Below, piece after piece: positions 7,293 through 17,069 of a DNA stretch of 64,000 nucleotides. Made by a program: the position numbers and the translations under genes. The notes under the pieces are model-generated. The model worked only from the letters and a program-made list of their open reading frames with translations, did no database searches and was not told the DNA's origin. Position 1 is the first letter of the stretch. Each line of letters opens with the position of its first letter. The DNA is from Sedimentisphaerales bacterium (GTDB lineage: Bacteria > Planctomycetota > Phycisphaerae > Sedimentisphaerales > Anaerobacaceae): positions 11,092 to 75,091 of the forward strand of contig JBEKGR010000008.1 in NCBI GenBank assembly GCA_050012695.1, read 5' to 3'.

Positions 7293-9890
7293 ATGAGTAT
7301 TAGGAAAACTGTTTTTACAATTACAGCTTTGTGCTGTATCCTGCAGGCCTCACTTTTTGCGGCTGCATACGGCAACAGAAACCAGGTAAATATCACAGGC
7401 GCGACTTTGTTTGCGAATTTCTTCGCGGCGCCCGCGGGAACCAATGACTACTTAGGCGTTGACCAGGGTCTTGATTATATGGACAGCACCGGCGCTCGCC
7501 TGTACACTGACGGAGATTTCTTCCGGCTCTATGACCCGTATAATGCCAACCTCCCTGACCAATTGGCATTCACCGACTGGACTTCGACTGACGCGAATAA
7601 CCGCTGGGTAGTGCAAAGTCGCGGCGTCGGCAGTGGTAACGGTTTGAAAGAGCTCGACCTGTTCTATAACAGCGCTCCTCCCGGTCCGGGCGACCCGAAT
7701 TTTGTACTCCCAAATGACAAGTCATATATCAACCGTACGCAATGGGGCTACTCCGGCGGATTGATGGGCCCCGGTAATGCAGCTAACCCGGGTGGATGCG
7801 TTGTAGTTCCGCCAAGAATTGATATGGCCGTTATGGATGTTCCGCCGACATGGTTTGTGATGGCAGGCACAGATGTAAATGCTGACTGGCAGGCACATCC
7901 GCTGGATGCGACAAATGGCTATGGCCGTAACCCGATTAAATCATGGGACACCGCCCAGAGCAATAAATTGAAATCCCTGACCAACCTGAATTTGAACAAA
8001 GACCTCGGTTTAGCCGCTAATGCGCTGACCATATATGACACCCAGGTAGCATGGGTTCCAATTGCGTTTATTGCCAGCCAGGGAACCGGCTTGCAAAATG
8101 TTACTCAGAATGATTTGGAATATCTGTATTTGACCGGTCGTATGCCCGGCGGTGAAAACCTTTATGCCTGCACACGCGACTCCGGTTCAGGCACTCGTAA
8201 CGCAGCAATGAACTCTCTTGGTTTTGACCCGAGCTGGGGCAGAGGCGACAATATGGGCACCAAGAACTCAAATGGTAACGTTTCTTATGTCGGACCAATC
8301 CATCAGTCAAGCAACCTCGACGGCACAAGTGTTATGGCAAATGCCGTTACGAGCCAGCGTTTGGCGGTCGGATACGTCGGTCTTACAACTGCTAACACAG
8401 CAACCGGCGCGTCCAACTCGGCTTATCAAATACTGAATCTCAAAAAGACAGGCGGCACACAATATGTCAGGCCTTCACGCGAAAACACCGTAGATAACAG
8501 TGGTATTGATACCGGCTGGCAAGTCGGCGGAAACGAGACCTTCGCGACAGTCGGCAGTCCTGACCCAACTGCTGCCTTCGTGATGCCTTACAACAGGGCT
8601 GCACGCGACTATCTCTGGAACATCAAAACGAGTATAGCCGAATTTATTGCCCCCACCGGCGCTGACGATTTGAATAATATGCCCGGTCAGTACCTGGCCA
8701 GGAACTGGTCGCTGGCTGCCGCTCTCACGGCAATTCCAGATGACGTTAATCATAACCCGAGCGTTTTCGTTGCAAATCCGAATTACAACGCGAATGTGAA
8801 TGCGTATTACAAGGCACTGGGCCCAGTTACACCGGCCTGGGTCGATGGCCCGGGTAAAGTCCCGACAAGAGTTGTCGGCCCCGTCTACAGCGATGGCACA
8901 ACCGGCTCGTACTACCTTGCTTCGGATGGAACACATCTTGCCAACGGCGGAAATCTGAATGCCCGTAACACAATTATGGGCGACTTCGACAACGACGGAA
9001 AACGCGACATCGGCGACATTCACGATATGATGGTTGCATTCTCCAATCCTCGCGGCTTCGAGACAGCCGGCGCAACCGGCGTTTGCCCGGAAATCATCGG
9101 CGACTTCACTGCCGACGGCAACTTCACAACCGATGATATTCGTTACTTTGCCGATGGTCTGGCAGTTGTTGACCCGGTCAGCAAACAGGTCAATCGCTCA
9201 GTTGGTTTTGCATTAGTTGACCAGGCCTGGACCGCAGCCCTTGCTGCTATCGATAGCAATCATCCGACAGCAGGTAACTTCTTCAATACGACTCTTGCAC
9301 ACGGCACCTATCAGGCCGGTTCCGGCTGGTCAAAGGCCGACGTCGCAACGCACAATTGGAGAACAACTAATCCGAACATTGGTTATGCCCCAAGCGCAGA
9401 TGGCACAATTGACGCCTGCGACATTGACTACATCTACTTCACACAGCGCGGCGGACTTAAGGCAAAGTCCTTTGGTCAGACCCTGGCTGCCAACTGCAAC
9501 TCGTGGCAGAAAGCTATGAGCTGGAGCAACCTTGATGACGCTATATGGATGGATTTGACCTGCGACCTCAATGGCGATATGAAAGTTGATATCGAAGACG
9601 TCAGAATCATCGTTGAAGACATCCTCGGAACACATTTCGGCGATATAAACCTAGATGGCGTTGTTAATGCTGCCGACATTGCGATTATTACCGCTCACCT
9701 TGGTCAACAGGGCGGCTGGGCACAGGGTGATGTGGATGGTGACGGCTGGATTACCCAGTGCGACCTCGATATCGCAAACGGCCTTGTACAAATAGGCGGA
9801 CAAGTCGGAAGTCCTGACCTCAACGGCGACCACTTTGTGGACTTCCAGGACTTTGCTATCTTTGCAAATAGCTGGCTGCAGAGTATTTAA
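7293..9890 (+). CDS. Secreted PstS-fold (PBP_like_2) substrate-binding domain protein with C-terminal dockerin/EF-hand-like repeats
   Basis: Signal peptide MSIRKTVFTITALCCILQASLFAAA. PstS-like landmarks are GVGSGNGL and YACTRDSGSGTRNAA (compare VSRDTSSGTYETF in the PstS at 16164..16982). There are at least five D-x-D/N-x-D-G Ca-loop repeats (DFDNDGKRDIGD, GDFTADGNFTTDD, DLNGDMKVDIED, GDINLDGVVNAAD, GDVDGDGWITQCD, DLNGDHFVDFQDF). An AGGAGG RBS precedes the ATG at 7293. Confidence 0.7.
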   Translation: MSIRKTVFTITALCCILQASLFAAAYGNRNQVNITGATLFANFFAAPAGTNDYLGVDQGLDYMDSTGARLYTDGDFFRLYDPYNANLPDQLAFTDWTSTDANNRWVVQSRGVGSGNGLKELDLFYNSAPPGPGDPNFVLPNDKSYINRTQWGYSGGLMGPGNAANPGGCVVVPPRIDMAVMDVPPTWFVMAGTDVNADWQAHPLDATNGYGRNPIKSWDTAQSNKLKSLTNLNLNKDLGLAANALTIYDTQVAWVPIAFIASQGTGLQNVTQNDLEYLYLTGRMPGGENLYACTRDSGSGTRNAAMNSLGFDPSWGRGDNMGTKNSNGNVSYVGPIHQSSNLDGTSVMANAVTSQRLAVGYVGLTTANTATGASNSAYQILNLKKTGGTQYVRPSRENTVDNSGIDTGWQVGGNETFATVGSPDPTAAFVMPYNRAARDYLWNIKTSIAEFIAPTGADDLNNMPGQYLARNWSLAAALTAIPDDVNHNPSVFVANPNYNANVNAYYKALGPVTPAWVDGPGKVPTRVVGPVYSDGTTGSYYLASDGTHLANGGNLNARNTIMGDFDNDGKRDIGDIHDMMVAFSNPRGFETAGATGVCPEIIGDFTADGNFTTDDIRYFADGLAVVDPVSKQVNRSVGFALVDQAWTAALAAIDSNHPTAGNFFNTTLAHGTYQAGSGWSKADVATHNWRTTNPNIGYAPSADGTIDACDIDYIYFTQRGGLKAKSFGQTLAANCNSWQKAMSWSNLDDAIWMDLTCDLNGDMKVDIEDVRIIVEDILGTHFGDINLDGVVNAADIAIITAHLGQQGGWAQGDVDGDGWITQCDLDIANGLVQIGGQVGSPDLNGDHFVDFQDFAIFANSWLQSI

Positions 9891-10001
9891 CTTAGGATTC
9901 CTTCATAGGCCGAGATAAGCTGCTGAGGCGAGTACCCGTCGTACCTCCAACGGCAGGCCCTGGGAGAAGTGAGCACATACTTTTCCTGGGGCCGCTCGGT
10001 T

Positions 10002-10421
10002 TTAAACGAGCAAATAAATACCCCAGATATTATACCAGGCAGCGAAAATATATACAACCGACGTGGTGAGGAAAATTGAATAGGCGAATTTTCTGCAGTA
10101 AATTGCCACGTACAGACACGCCGCCCACTTCCATAATGCCGCCACCATTGGCCCGGCAACGGGGCCAAATACGACGGAAGCGAATCGGACAACCGGATGT
10201 ATCTCCGCAGAAACGCCGAGGTATGACATAAAATAAACGGTGCTAAGACCATCCGCAAGCAAAGCCAGCGTAAATACGAATATGGCTATGCGATAAGTGT
10301 GCCAGAAGCCGCGGTAATTTAATTTTAAGCGATTACTAATTGGAAGAAGCCCCGCCTCCGCAGCTATCTGCTCGCAAGCAAGCACGTTAAAATTGTCCTT
10401 TTTGGCTTGCCCAAAGTGCAT
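10002..10421 (-). CDS. Small integral membrane protein (about 4 TM, possibly DUF5658-like)
   Basis: 139 aa and hydrophobic, with LADGLSTVYFMSYLGVSAEIHP resembling the D..T...G..E.NP motif. Chosen over the overlapping ORF 9887..10258. Confidence 0.35.
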   Translation of the reverse strand: MHFGQAKKDNFNVLACEQIAAEAGLLPISNRLKLNYRGFWHTYRIAIFVFTLALLADGLSTVYFMSYLGVSAEIHPVVRFASVVFGPVAGPMVAALWKWAACLYVAIYCRKFAYSIFLTTSVVYIFAAWYNIWGIYLLV

Positions 10422-10618
10422 TTTAACTTATCTCCACTTTTCCCGATATTCCAAAATCAACCCTATAATCGACAACTGACAGGACGCCCTTAACAAGTTC
10501 TACGTCGGCAATGTCCGCGAGTTTATTGAAAAAATAATGAAATACTAATAAAGTCCTAACGCATTTAGAAGATGGCTTCATCTTTAAGCTTTAACTTTGG
10601 CTGAATATCCCTGAAATT

Positions 10619-10672
10619 TTAATCGTATTTTAATTAGTTGCTAACGCAACTCCAACGTATCGCCGGTATCTT
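10619..10672 (+). promoter_or_regulatory. Pho-box-type promoter for the second DUF1559 gene
   Basis: TTAAT, TTAAT, CTAAC and CCAAC sit at 10619, 10630, 10641 and 10652, an exact 11-bp phase. Nine nt further on is TATCTT (10667..10672). The implied leader is about 160 nt. Confidence 0.5.
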
Positions 10673-10837
10673 ATCTCTATGTGTTGCGGGCAGATATGTG
10701 GCTGGTAGATGCCGTATCCCGCAGCAGGATTATGAAGTTGATACAAAGAATGGTTTTAGGGCTGGGGATACAGATATCTCCTCCTTGAAGGAATCGTAGA
10801 ATTGTTTTTTGGACAATGGATTGAGAAGGAGAAAAAG

Positions 10838-11848
10838 ATGCTTATGAAGAAAAAAGGATTTACGCTGGTAGAACTGTTAGTCGTCATTGCGATAATAGCG
10901 CTATTGATGGGCATTCTGCTGCCTTCATTGGCACGTGTCAAGGTAATCGCAAACAGGATGAAATGCGCCTCTCACCTGGCCGATGTCGGTAAATCTATGA
11001 TGATGTATGCGGAAGAGAACCGGCAGAGTTATCCGGTCGGAGGCATCCGTGGCAGCACATGGACACAATTTAATACAACTACCACCGGCATCTTGAAATG
11101 GGACGCATCAACAAGGGAATTGGCATTCGCAAACAACGGCAAGAATGCCACGATATCTTCGTGCCTGTTTTTATTGATTAAATACGGCAATATGGTGCCT
11201 AAACAATTCACCTGCCCGGACGATGCCGATGCCAAAGAATTTACTTTAGCCGATGAGTATAAGTCCATGGGTGTTACAGACACCACCAAAATGATCAGGG
11301 AACTTTCGGACGCCTGGGACTTTGGCGGCAACCCCGGCGCAAGCTGCAGTTATTCATATCATATGCCCTTCCCAAACACCGATGACGTCACAAAATCATA
11401 TTGTTTAGACCAAGTATCAAGTCCGGGAAGCCCGCTTTGTGCGGACAGAAATCCCTACCTGGATAAAAATGCCAAAGATTACCTGAAAGACCCGAGGATT
11501 CCTAATCCATATCTGGGAGCAACAGACGGGGAATACCACGATGACAAATTCAAAGGTAATTGTGCTTCTCATGGCCGCAAGGCGCAAAACGTTTTATTTA
11601 ACGACGGCCACGTCGCCGCCGAGTTGTATCCAAATTGCGGGGTAAACAACGACAATATATGGAAGTTCTGGCCTTCCTATACCACGGCGCCTACAAATAT
11701 ACAACTTGAAGTTGGAGCAGGGACAGCTCCTCCTCCGGCGTCGGCAAGCGCAGAAAATCTCCAATATACACCAGGCGCTGGTTCTGCATCTCCAAAGAGT
11801 AAAGACGATGCCTGCCTTGTCAACGAAAGAAACGATAATAAAGAGTAG
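10838..11848 (+). CDS. DUF1559-type protein: prepilin-like N-terminus plus an H-X9-DG-like motif
   Basis: Starts MLMKKKG/FTLVELLVVIAIIALLMGILLPSL and has the C-terminal motif HGRKAQNVLFNDGHV. An AAGGAG RBS precedes the ATG at 10838, codon 13 of the tracked ORF. Confidence 0.8.
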   Translation: MLMKKKGFTLVELLVVIAIIALLMGILLPSLARVKVIANRMKCASHLADVGKSMMMYAEENRQSYPVGGIRGSTWTQFNTTTTGILKWDASTRELAFANNGKNATISSCLFLLIKYGNMVPKQFTCPDDADAKEFTLADEYKSMGVTDTTKMIRELSDAWDFGGNPGASCSYSYHMPFPNTDDVTKSYCLDQVSSPGSPLCADRNPYLDKNAKDYLKDPRIPNPYLGATDGEYHDDKFKGNCASHGRKAQNVLFNDGHVAAELYPNCGVNNDNIWKFWPSYTTAPTNIQLEVGAGTAPPPASASAENLQYTPGAGSASPKSKDDACLVNERNDNKE

Positions 11849-11865
11849 TTTGCATTGCATTCGTA

Positions 11866-11901
11866 AGGGGCGGAGTATGGTCGTTCGGAACATCCGCCCC
11901 T
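11866..11901. terminator. Hairpin between convergent genes (candidate bidirectional terminator)
   Basis: AGGGGCGGA (11866..11874) pairs with TCCGCCCCT (11893..11901), a 9-bp GC-rich stem. The U-tract is weak (GTTCATTCT). Confidence 0.4.
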
Positions 11902-11974
11902 GTTCATTCTACAGATGGCGGGAATAAAACGACGCCGGTTTTATTACGAGTAAATATTGTGGGAAGTCAAATTT

Positions 11975-12640
11975 CTATTTGTATTCCTCTGTACGATGGC
12001 GGGCGATTTGTCCCTCGACCATATAGATAACGTCCTCAGCGATATTGGTAGCATGGTCGGCTATTCGCTCCAGGTGCCTTGACACAGACAACAGGTGAAT
12101 CAGCGACTCCAGTTGTTCGGGATTTCTTCTTATGGCGTCCTGAATTTTGATATACATCTGCCTATTCATCGCGTCAACGGCGTCATCACCGGCGCAAACC
12201 TCATGGGCCAGGCCGGAACTTAGACCGATAAGCGCATCCAGGGCGTGTTTGAGCATATCCTGCACTTTATCAACCATTTCAATCAGACCCAGAGAAAAAC
12301 CAACGGGAGGATGTTTCGACAGAAACGCCGACCGCTCCGCGATATTTACCGCCAGGTCGCCGATGCGTTCGAGGTCATTATTGATTTTCAGCACGGCAAC
12401 GATAAAACGCAAATCAATTGCAACCGGCTGATGCAGGGCGAGAATCTTGAGGCAGTCCTCCTCTACCCCGACCTCCATACTGTTAATCCGGGGGTCGTTT
12501 TGAATTATCCTCTGGGCAAGTTCGTAATCGCGGTTCTCAATCGAAAGCGTCGCGTCACGCACGGCCGTCTCAACCCTGGCGCTTAGTGTTAACAGTTTCT
12601 TTTTCAGGTTTTCAATTTCTCGCTGTAAATGAACCGGCAT
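11975..12640 (-). CDS. phoU: Phosphate signalling complex protein PhoU
   Basis: 221 aa with two PhoU repeats (ERIGDLAVNIAE and ERIADHATNIAEDV). It lies downstream of pstB. Confidence 0.9.
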   Translation of the reverse strand: MPVHLQREIENLKKKLLTLSARVETAVRDATLSIENRDYELAQRIIQNDPRINSMEVGVEEDCLKILALHQPVAIDLRFIVAVLKINNDLERIGDLAVNIAERSAFLSKHPPVGFSLGLIEMVDKVQDMLKHALDALIGLSSGLAHEVCAGDDAVDAMNRQMYIKIQDAIRRNPEQLESLIHLLSVSRHLERIADHATNIAEDVIYMVEGQIARHRTEEYK

Positions 12641-12665
12641 TTTTGAATCCTCATTATTAAAGTGT

Positions 12666-13529
12666 TTATCCGAATCTGCCTGTTATGTAATCTTCCGTCT
12701 TCTTGTTGGACGGGTTCTCGAAAATCTTTGAGGTAACATCATATTCTATAAGCTCGCCGAGGCAGAAGAACGCGGTCATCTCACTGACGCGTGCCGCCTG
12801 CTGCATATTGTGAGTAACGATAACAATTGTGTAACTGTCTTTGAGCTGACTTATGAGGTCTTCGATTTTGCCTGTGGCCAGCGGGTCAAGAGCGGAACAT
12901 GGTTCATCCATAAGCAGCACTCGCGGCTTAGTCGCAAGCGCGCGTGCAATGCACAGCCGTTGCTGCTGGCCGCCGGAAAGTGCTAAAGCGGATTTTCTCA
13001 AATTGTCTTTTACCTCTTCCCACAGGGCAGATGCCTTCAAACTCTGTTCGATAATTTCATCCAGTGCCGTCCTTTTTGTGATGCCCTGCAGACGTGGCCC
13101 ATATGCCACGTTGTCGAATATGCTTTTGGGAAACGGATTTGGTTTTTGGAAGACCATCCCGACCTGCTGGCGAAGATTTACAAGATTGACGCGTTTGTCG
13201 TAGATGTCCTGGCCGTCTACGACCAGCTTACCTTCTGTACGCACGCCCGGTATGAGGTCGTTCATTCGGTTTATGCTGCGAAGAAACGTGCTTTTGCCGC
13301 AGCCGCTCGGCCCGATTATTGCGGTAACACTGCACGGATTTATATTCATCGTAATGTTCTTCACGCCCATCGTTGCGCCATAGTAAAAATTGAAGTCCTT
13401 TGAGCTTATTATTGGACAGGCACATAGTGCGATTTGACCGTTTTGGGCTGTCTTGTCGTGCATATTCTCTTTCATAATCGGTTCAATCCTCTTTTGCTTC
13501 ACTAACTGTAAAAGTCGCATCGTCGCCAT
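12666..13529 (-). CDS. pstB: Phosphate ABC transporter ATP-binding protein PstB
   Basis: Walker [10 protein letters not shown], signature [15 protein letters not shown], Walker [13 protein letters not shown] and the PstB-typical C-terminus EDYITGRFG. The true start may be the internal ATG at 13475 (MKENMHDK). Confidence 0.9.
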   Translation of the reverse strand: MATMRLLQLVKQKRIEPIMKENMHDKTAQNGQIALCACPIISSKDFNFYYGATMGVKNITMNINPCSVTAIIGPSGCGKSTFLRSINRMNDLIPGVRTEGKLVVDGQDIYDKRVNLVNLRQQVGMVFQKPNPFPKSIFDNVAYGPRLQGITKRTALDEIIEQSLKASALWEEVKDNLRKSALALSGGQQQRLCIARALATKPRVLLMDEPCSALDPLATGKIEDLISQLKDSYTIVIVTHNMQQAARVSEMTAFFCLGELIEYDVTSKIFENPSNKKTEDYITGRFG

Positions 13530-13532
13530 TGT

Positions 13533-15158
13533 TTAATGACCCGCCAGTTTTTTAAACACCCTTGAACGAAGAACAATTGCCACGGTATTGAGACAGAGAA
13601 TCAGCAGCACCAGTGTAACGACCATTCCGAACTGGTTATGCGGCACCATTGCGGCCAGCTTGTCGCCGACTGCCATATCGTAGCTGCCGTAGGAAAGCGT
13701 TCGTGTCGGGTCAAATATGGACTTAGGCACCGGCCCAAGCGCAACCGCCCCCGTAAACAGGACCGGCGCCGTTTCACCTGCAACCCTGCTCAAGCTCAGT
13801 ATTACGCCCGTGAGAATCCCCGGCAGAGCCGCCGGCAGAGTTACTTTGACAAACGTGCGGAATCTGCTTGCGCCCAAAGCTAATGACGCTTCTTTGTAGG
13901 TCTGGGGCACGGCCCGAATCGCCTCTTCGCTTGCTCGTATCATAACAGGCAACGTCAATACAGCCAGCGTCATCGAGGCAGCCAGGATGCATCCCTTAGA
14001 AGGAGCTCCAAATATCGGCAGGAAAAACAATACGAAAAACGCGAGTCCAAAAAGCCCGAAAACAATACTGGGAACACCCGCGAGGGTATTGATGCTCATC
14101 CTGATAATTCTCATGACAAAATTATCGGATGCACATTCCACCAGGTAGGCAGCGGAAATAACGCCGAAAGGCACGACAAAAAGCATAGCGAGTATGGTTA
14201 ACAAAAGTGTTCCGAGAATTTCGGGGCCGACGCCGCCGAAGTAATGGCCGGGAGTGCTGTCGTCTATGAAATATTGCCAGTAAAAAGTCGGTCTTGGCTT
14301 GAGCATTTCAGGCAGATTCTGCTGAATGTAAGCGAAAAGCCCCTCAATCTCCGTGCCGGCAAACCTTTGCGAACGAGGCGTCAGATGTCTGACCATCGGC
14401 TGTCCCTGTCCCTGCTTAATCCATTCCTCATACCATAACAATCGGCCAAGCAGCTTTTGTGCCAGGTCCCAGCGGGTGGCCCCGAAACGATTCATCATCA
14501 AGGCCGGCGTTGCCGCTCCGGGCGCGGGACCCAGTAGTTCGATTAAAATATCCTCAACCTGTCGAAGCTCCTGATAATACCTTTGGCGTTCGGCAAGATT
14601 AATCCCGTGTATGTCTTTGCTGTATTGTTCGGCAAGCCCAATGAGACCTGCTGCGGAGGTATTCTTAAACCGTGGGTCGTCTTTGAAGTTGAGGACGTAT
14701 GCTAAGGATTCATTCACTTCTGCCGTGTTTGAGCTTGCGAAAGCCGATTCAAGCCGGTCGCGAATCTGCCTTGTAACAGACCTTAACTCAGCGACTTCCT
14801 CTGCGGTTTGGTCTGTTTGCCGGAGGTCGTTTCCGAACTGACGGTAAATTTGTCTTGCTTTCTCTATAAGGTTCCCGGAATCGATGCCGCCTTTGAATTT
14901 TTCGATTGTGCTGTAAATTTTCGCCCGTGCTGTTTCTGCCTGTCTGCTTTCCGCTGCTATCTTGTCCTCATCGCCCCGGCCGAACAGCACTAATTGCATC
15001 TTTCTGAATTCGACTGTTTCCTTGAATACGACCGCCGAACCTCCGCGCCAAAGCATCGGCCCAAGCACCGCCACCAGCACTAAGCACAGGCAAACCACCG
15101 AAGCTCCCGCAACAACGGTGAATATCTTGTCTATCGCAATTCGAACACCTGGTCTCAT
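13533..15158 (-). CDS. pstA: Phosphate ABC transporter permease PstA (long form)
   Basis: The C-terminal permease core carries EASLALGASRFRTFVKVTLPAALPGI. A hydrophilic insert of about 270 aa follows TM1. The start overlaps the pstC stop by 1 nt (TGATG). Confidence 0.85.
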   Translation of the reverse strand: MRPGVRIAIDKIFTVVAGASVVCLCLVLVAVLGPMLWRGGSAVVFKETVEFRKMQLVLFGRGDEDKIAAESRQAETARAKIYSTIEKFKGGIDSGNLIEKARQIYRQFGNDLRQTDQTAEEVAELRSVTRQIRDRLESAFASSNTAEVNESLAYVLNFKDDPRFKNTSAAGLIGLAEQYSKDIHGINLAERQRYYQELRQVEDILIELLGPAPGAATPALMMNRFGATRWDLAQKLLGRLLWYEEWIKQGQGQPMVRHLTPRSQRFAGTEIEGLFAYIQQNLPEMLKPRPTFYWQYFIDDSTPGHYFGGVGPEILGTLLLTILAMLFVVPFGVISAAYLVECASDNFVMRIIRMSINTLAGVPSIVFGLFGLAFFVLFFLPIFGAPSKGCILAASMTLAVLTLPVMIRASEEAIRAVPQTYKEASLALGASRFRTFVKVTLPAALPGILTGVILSLSRVAGETAPVLFTGAVALGPVPKSIFDPTRTLSYGSYDMAVGDKLAAMVPHNQFGMVVTLVLLILCLNTVAIVLRSRVFKKLAGH

Positions 15159-16156
15159 CAGCGTTTCCCGCCCGCCTTTTTGGCTCGTATAAGAAAATAT
15201 TCACTGACCATATTCAGGCACAAAGTTATAACCAGCAGAAGCAATCCCGCTGCAAAAAGCGCCCTGTAATGAGGGGAGCCCTTTTCTGTCTCGCCCATAT
15301 CGCCCGCGATTGTCGCCGTCAGGGTCCGAACCGATTGCGACAAGTCCCACCACGGATGCGGTATCTGTGCAGCGTTTCCCGACGCCATCCACACGACCAT
15401 TGTCTCGCCGATTGCCCTCATCATTCCAAGCACTATCCCGGCGATTATCCCGCTGTGTGCAGCCGGTATAACAACTTTGAAAATGGTCTCCATTCGCGTC
15501 GCGCCACACCCGTATGACGCCTCTCTCAATTCCCTTCCTATCGCTGAAATCGAATCTTCAGAAACACTTATTATCGTAGGTAATGCCATTACCGCCAAAA
15601 CAAGCGACGCGTTAAGGGCGTTGGTGCCCGTAGAAAACCCGAACTTTTGCTGCATCCACGGAGCCAGAACCATCACCGCGAAAAAACCGTAAGCAACCGA
15701 CGGTATCGCCGCGAGAATCTCAATAATCGGCTTTATAATGTTCCTGATTTTCATCGAAACAATGTCGCTCAGGAAAACCGCGGCTAAAATCCCCACCGGT
15801 ACGGCAAATATAATCGAGACAATTGTTACATAGCCAGAACCCACGAGTAACGCGAGTGTCCCGAATTTCGGTGTGACTGCTTCGGGATACCATGAGGTGC
15901 TTGTGAGAAACTCTGTTATGCTGAATTTGGCAAGAAACGGCAGCGCCTCTCTGATTACGAACAGGAAAATCAGGAACACCGCCAAGACAGAGGTGCATGT
16001 AACAAGAAAAAGAGCCATCCGGCCGAGGTGAAGCGTAAGGAAACCCCTGATATCCTCGGTCGGTGTAAGCACCAGCGGCCGATGTGAATCGGCCGCCGGC
16101 GCTAACGTGTCCAGTAAAGTTCCCTGCTTTGCTTTAATCGCTGAACTCTCCAACAA
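15158..16156 (-). CDS. pstC: Phosphate ABC transporter permease PstC
   Basis: 332 aa with 6 TM and the EAA-like loop EASYGCGATRMETIFKVVIPAAHSGI. Confidence 0.85.
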   Translation of the reverse strand: MLESSAIKAKQGTLLDTLAPAADSHRPLVLTPTEDIRGFLTLHLGRMALFLVTCTSVLAVFLIFLFVIREALPFLAKFSITEFLTSTSWYPEAVTPKFGTLALLVGSGYVTIVSIIFAVPVGILAAVFLSDIVSMKIRNIIKPIIEILAAIPSVAYGFFAVMVLAPWMQQKFGFSTGTNALNASLVLAVMALPTIISVSEDSISAIGRELREASYGCGATRMETIFKVVIPAAHSGIIAGIVLGMMRAIGETMVVWMASGNAAQIPHPWWDLSQSVRTLTATIAGDMGETEKGSPHYRALFAAGLLLLVITLCLNMVSEYFLIRAKKAGGKR

Positions 16157-16163
16157 CAGGTAA

Positions 16164-16982
16164 TTAGTAGTTCGTCACAGGAACAAACCCCTTCGCTAAA
16201 ATAATTTCCTGGCCCTTTTCGGTCAGATAGAACGTGCAGAACTTAAAGACCGTTGACCCAAGTTTCGGATAGCCATTTGTGAACATAAACAAAGGTCTTG
16301 CAACGGGGTAAGTACCGTTTGCAATGGTCTGCTTTGTCGGCGCAATTCCGTCGATTTTCAACGCCTTGACCTCGGCATCAACGAAACCAATACCGACGTA
16401 GCTGATTGCACCGGCGGTGGTTTTCACTCTTGCCTGTGCCTGCGGATTTGAGTTGACGTATTCGACGTTTTTGGCCAGCTCTTCCTTGTTCATAACCTTC
16501 TCGTGGAACGTCTCGTATGTTCCCGACGATGTGTCTCTGCTGACAATCACTATTTCCGCATCAGGTCCGCCTATTTCTTTCCAGTTCTTGGTTTTGCCAT
16601 TATAAATATCTCGCACCTGGGCCGTAGTCAGTGCGGCTACCGTGTTCGACGGATGCACGATGATACATACCCCGTCCATCGCAATCGCGTGTGCAACCGG
16701 GAATACGTTGTGGTCAACGGCGCTTTTGAATTCTTTGTCCTTCATAAACCGGCTCAAAGTCGCTATGTCGCACCGGCTGTCAATTAGTGCGGCAGCCCCG
16801 TCGCCACTACCGGTCTTTTTTACGGTAATCTCAAGACCGGGGTTGGTCCTCATAAAATATTCAGCAAAAGCATCTGCAATCGGACCGACAGTTGTCGAAC
16901 CATCGATTTGCAGCGTCTCCGCCCGCACCAGACCTGTGGCTGCGAGCATCAGTAAAGCTAAACTAAATACCAATCTCTTCAT
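16164..16982 (-). CDS. pstS: Phosphate-binding protein PstS
   Basis: Has a signal peptide, GSTTVGPIADAFAEYF and VSRDTSSGTYETF (PBP_like_2). It is the first gene of pstSCAB-phoU. Confidence 0.85.
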   Translation of the reverse strand: MKRLVFSLALLMLAATGLVRAETLQIDGSTTVGPIADAFAEYFMRTNPGLEITVKKTGSGDGAAALIDSRCDIATLSRFMKDKEFKSAVDHNVFPVAHAIAMDGVCIIVHPSNTVAALTTAQVRDIYNGKTKNWKEIGGPDAEIVIVSRDTSSGTYETFHEKVMNKEELAKNVEYVNSNPQAQARVKTTAGAISYVGIGFVDAEVKALKIDGIAPTKQTIANGTYPVARPLFMFTNGYPKLGSTVFKFCTFYLTEKGQEIILAKGFVPVTNY

Positions 16983-17003
16983 TTCGTTGTCTCCTTCTCA
17001 CTT

Positions 17004-17057
17004 AGTTTAAGTGAGCATTGTTAAAATTATGTTAATAATCGGTTAATCTTTCGTTAG
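17004..17057 (-). promoter_or_regulatory. Pho-box promoter of pstSCAB-phoU
   Basis: The minus strand reads CTAACG-N5-TTAACC-N5-TTAACA-N5-TTAACA. Plus-strand GTTAA/GTTAG units sit at 17053, 17042, 17031 and 17020. Nine nt further on is TAAACT (17009..17004). An 8-bp leader hairpin CTCACTTA/TAAGTGAG (16997..17015) follows. Confidence 0.7.
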
Positions 17058-17069
17058 AGCAAATCATCT

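Noticed and set aside
9887-10258. 123-aa minus-strand ORF overlapping the 10002..10421 ORF
   Set aside because: It is in a different frame over the same DNA. The 139-aa frame gives a coherent 4-TM membrane protein, and this one does not.
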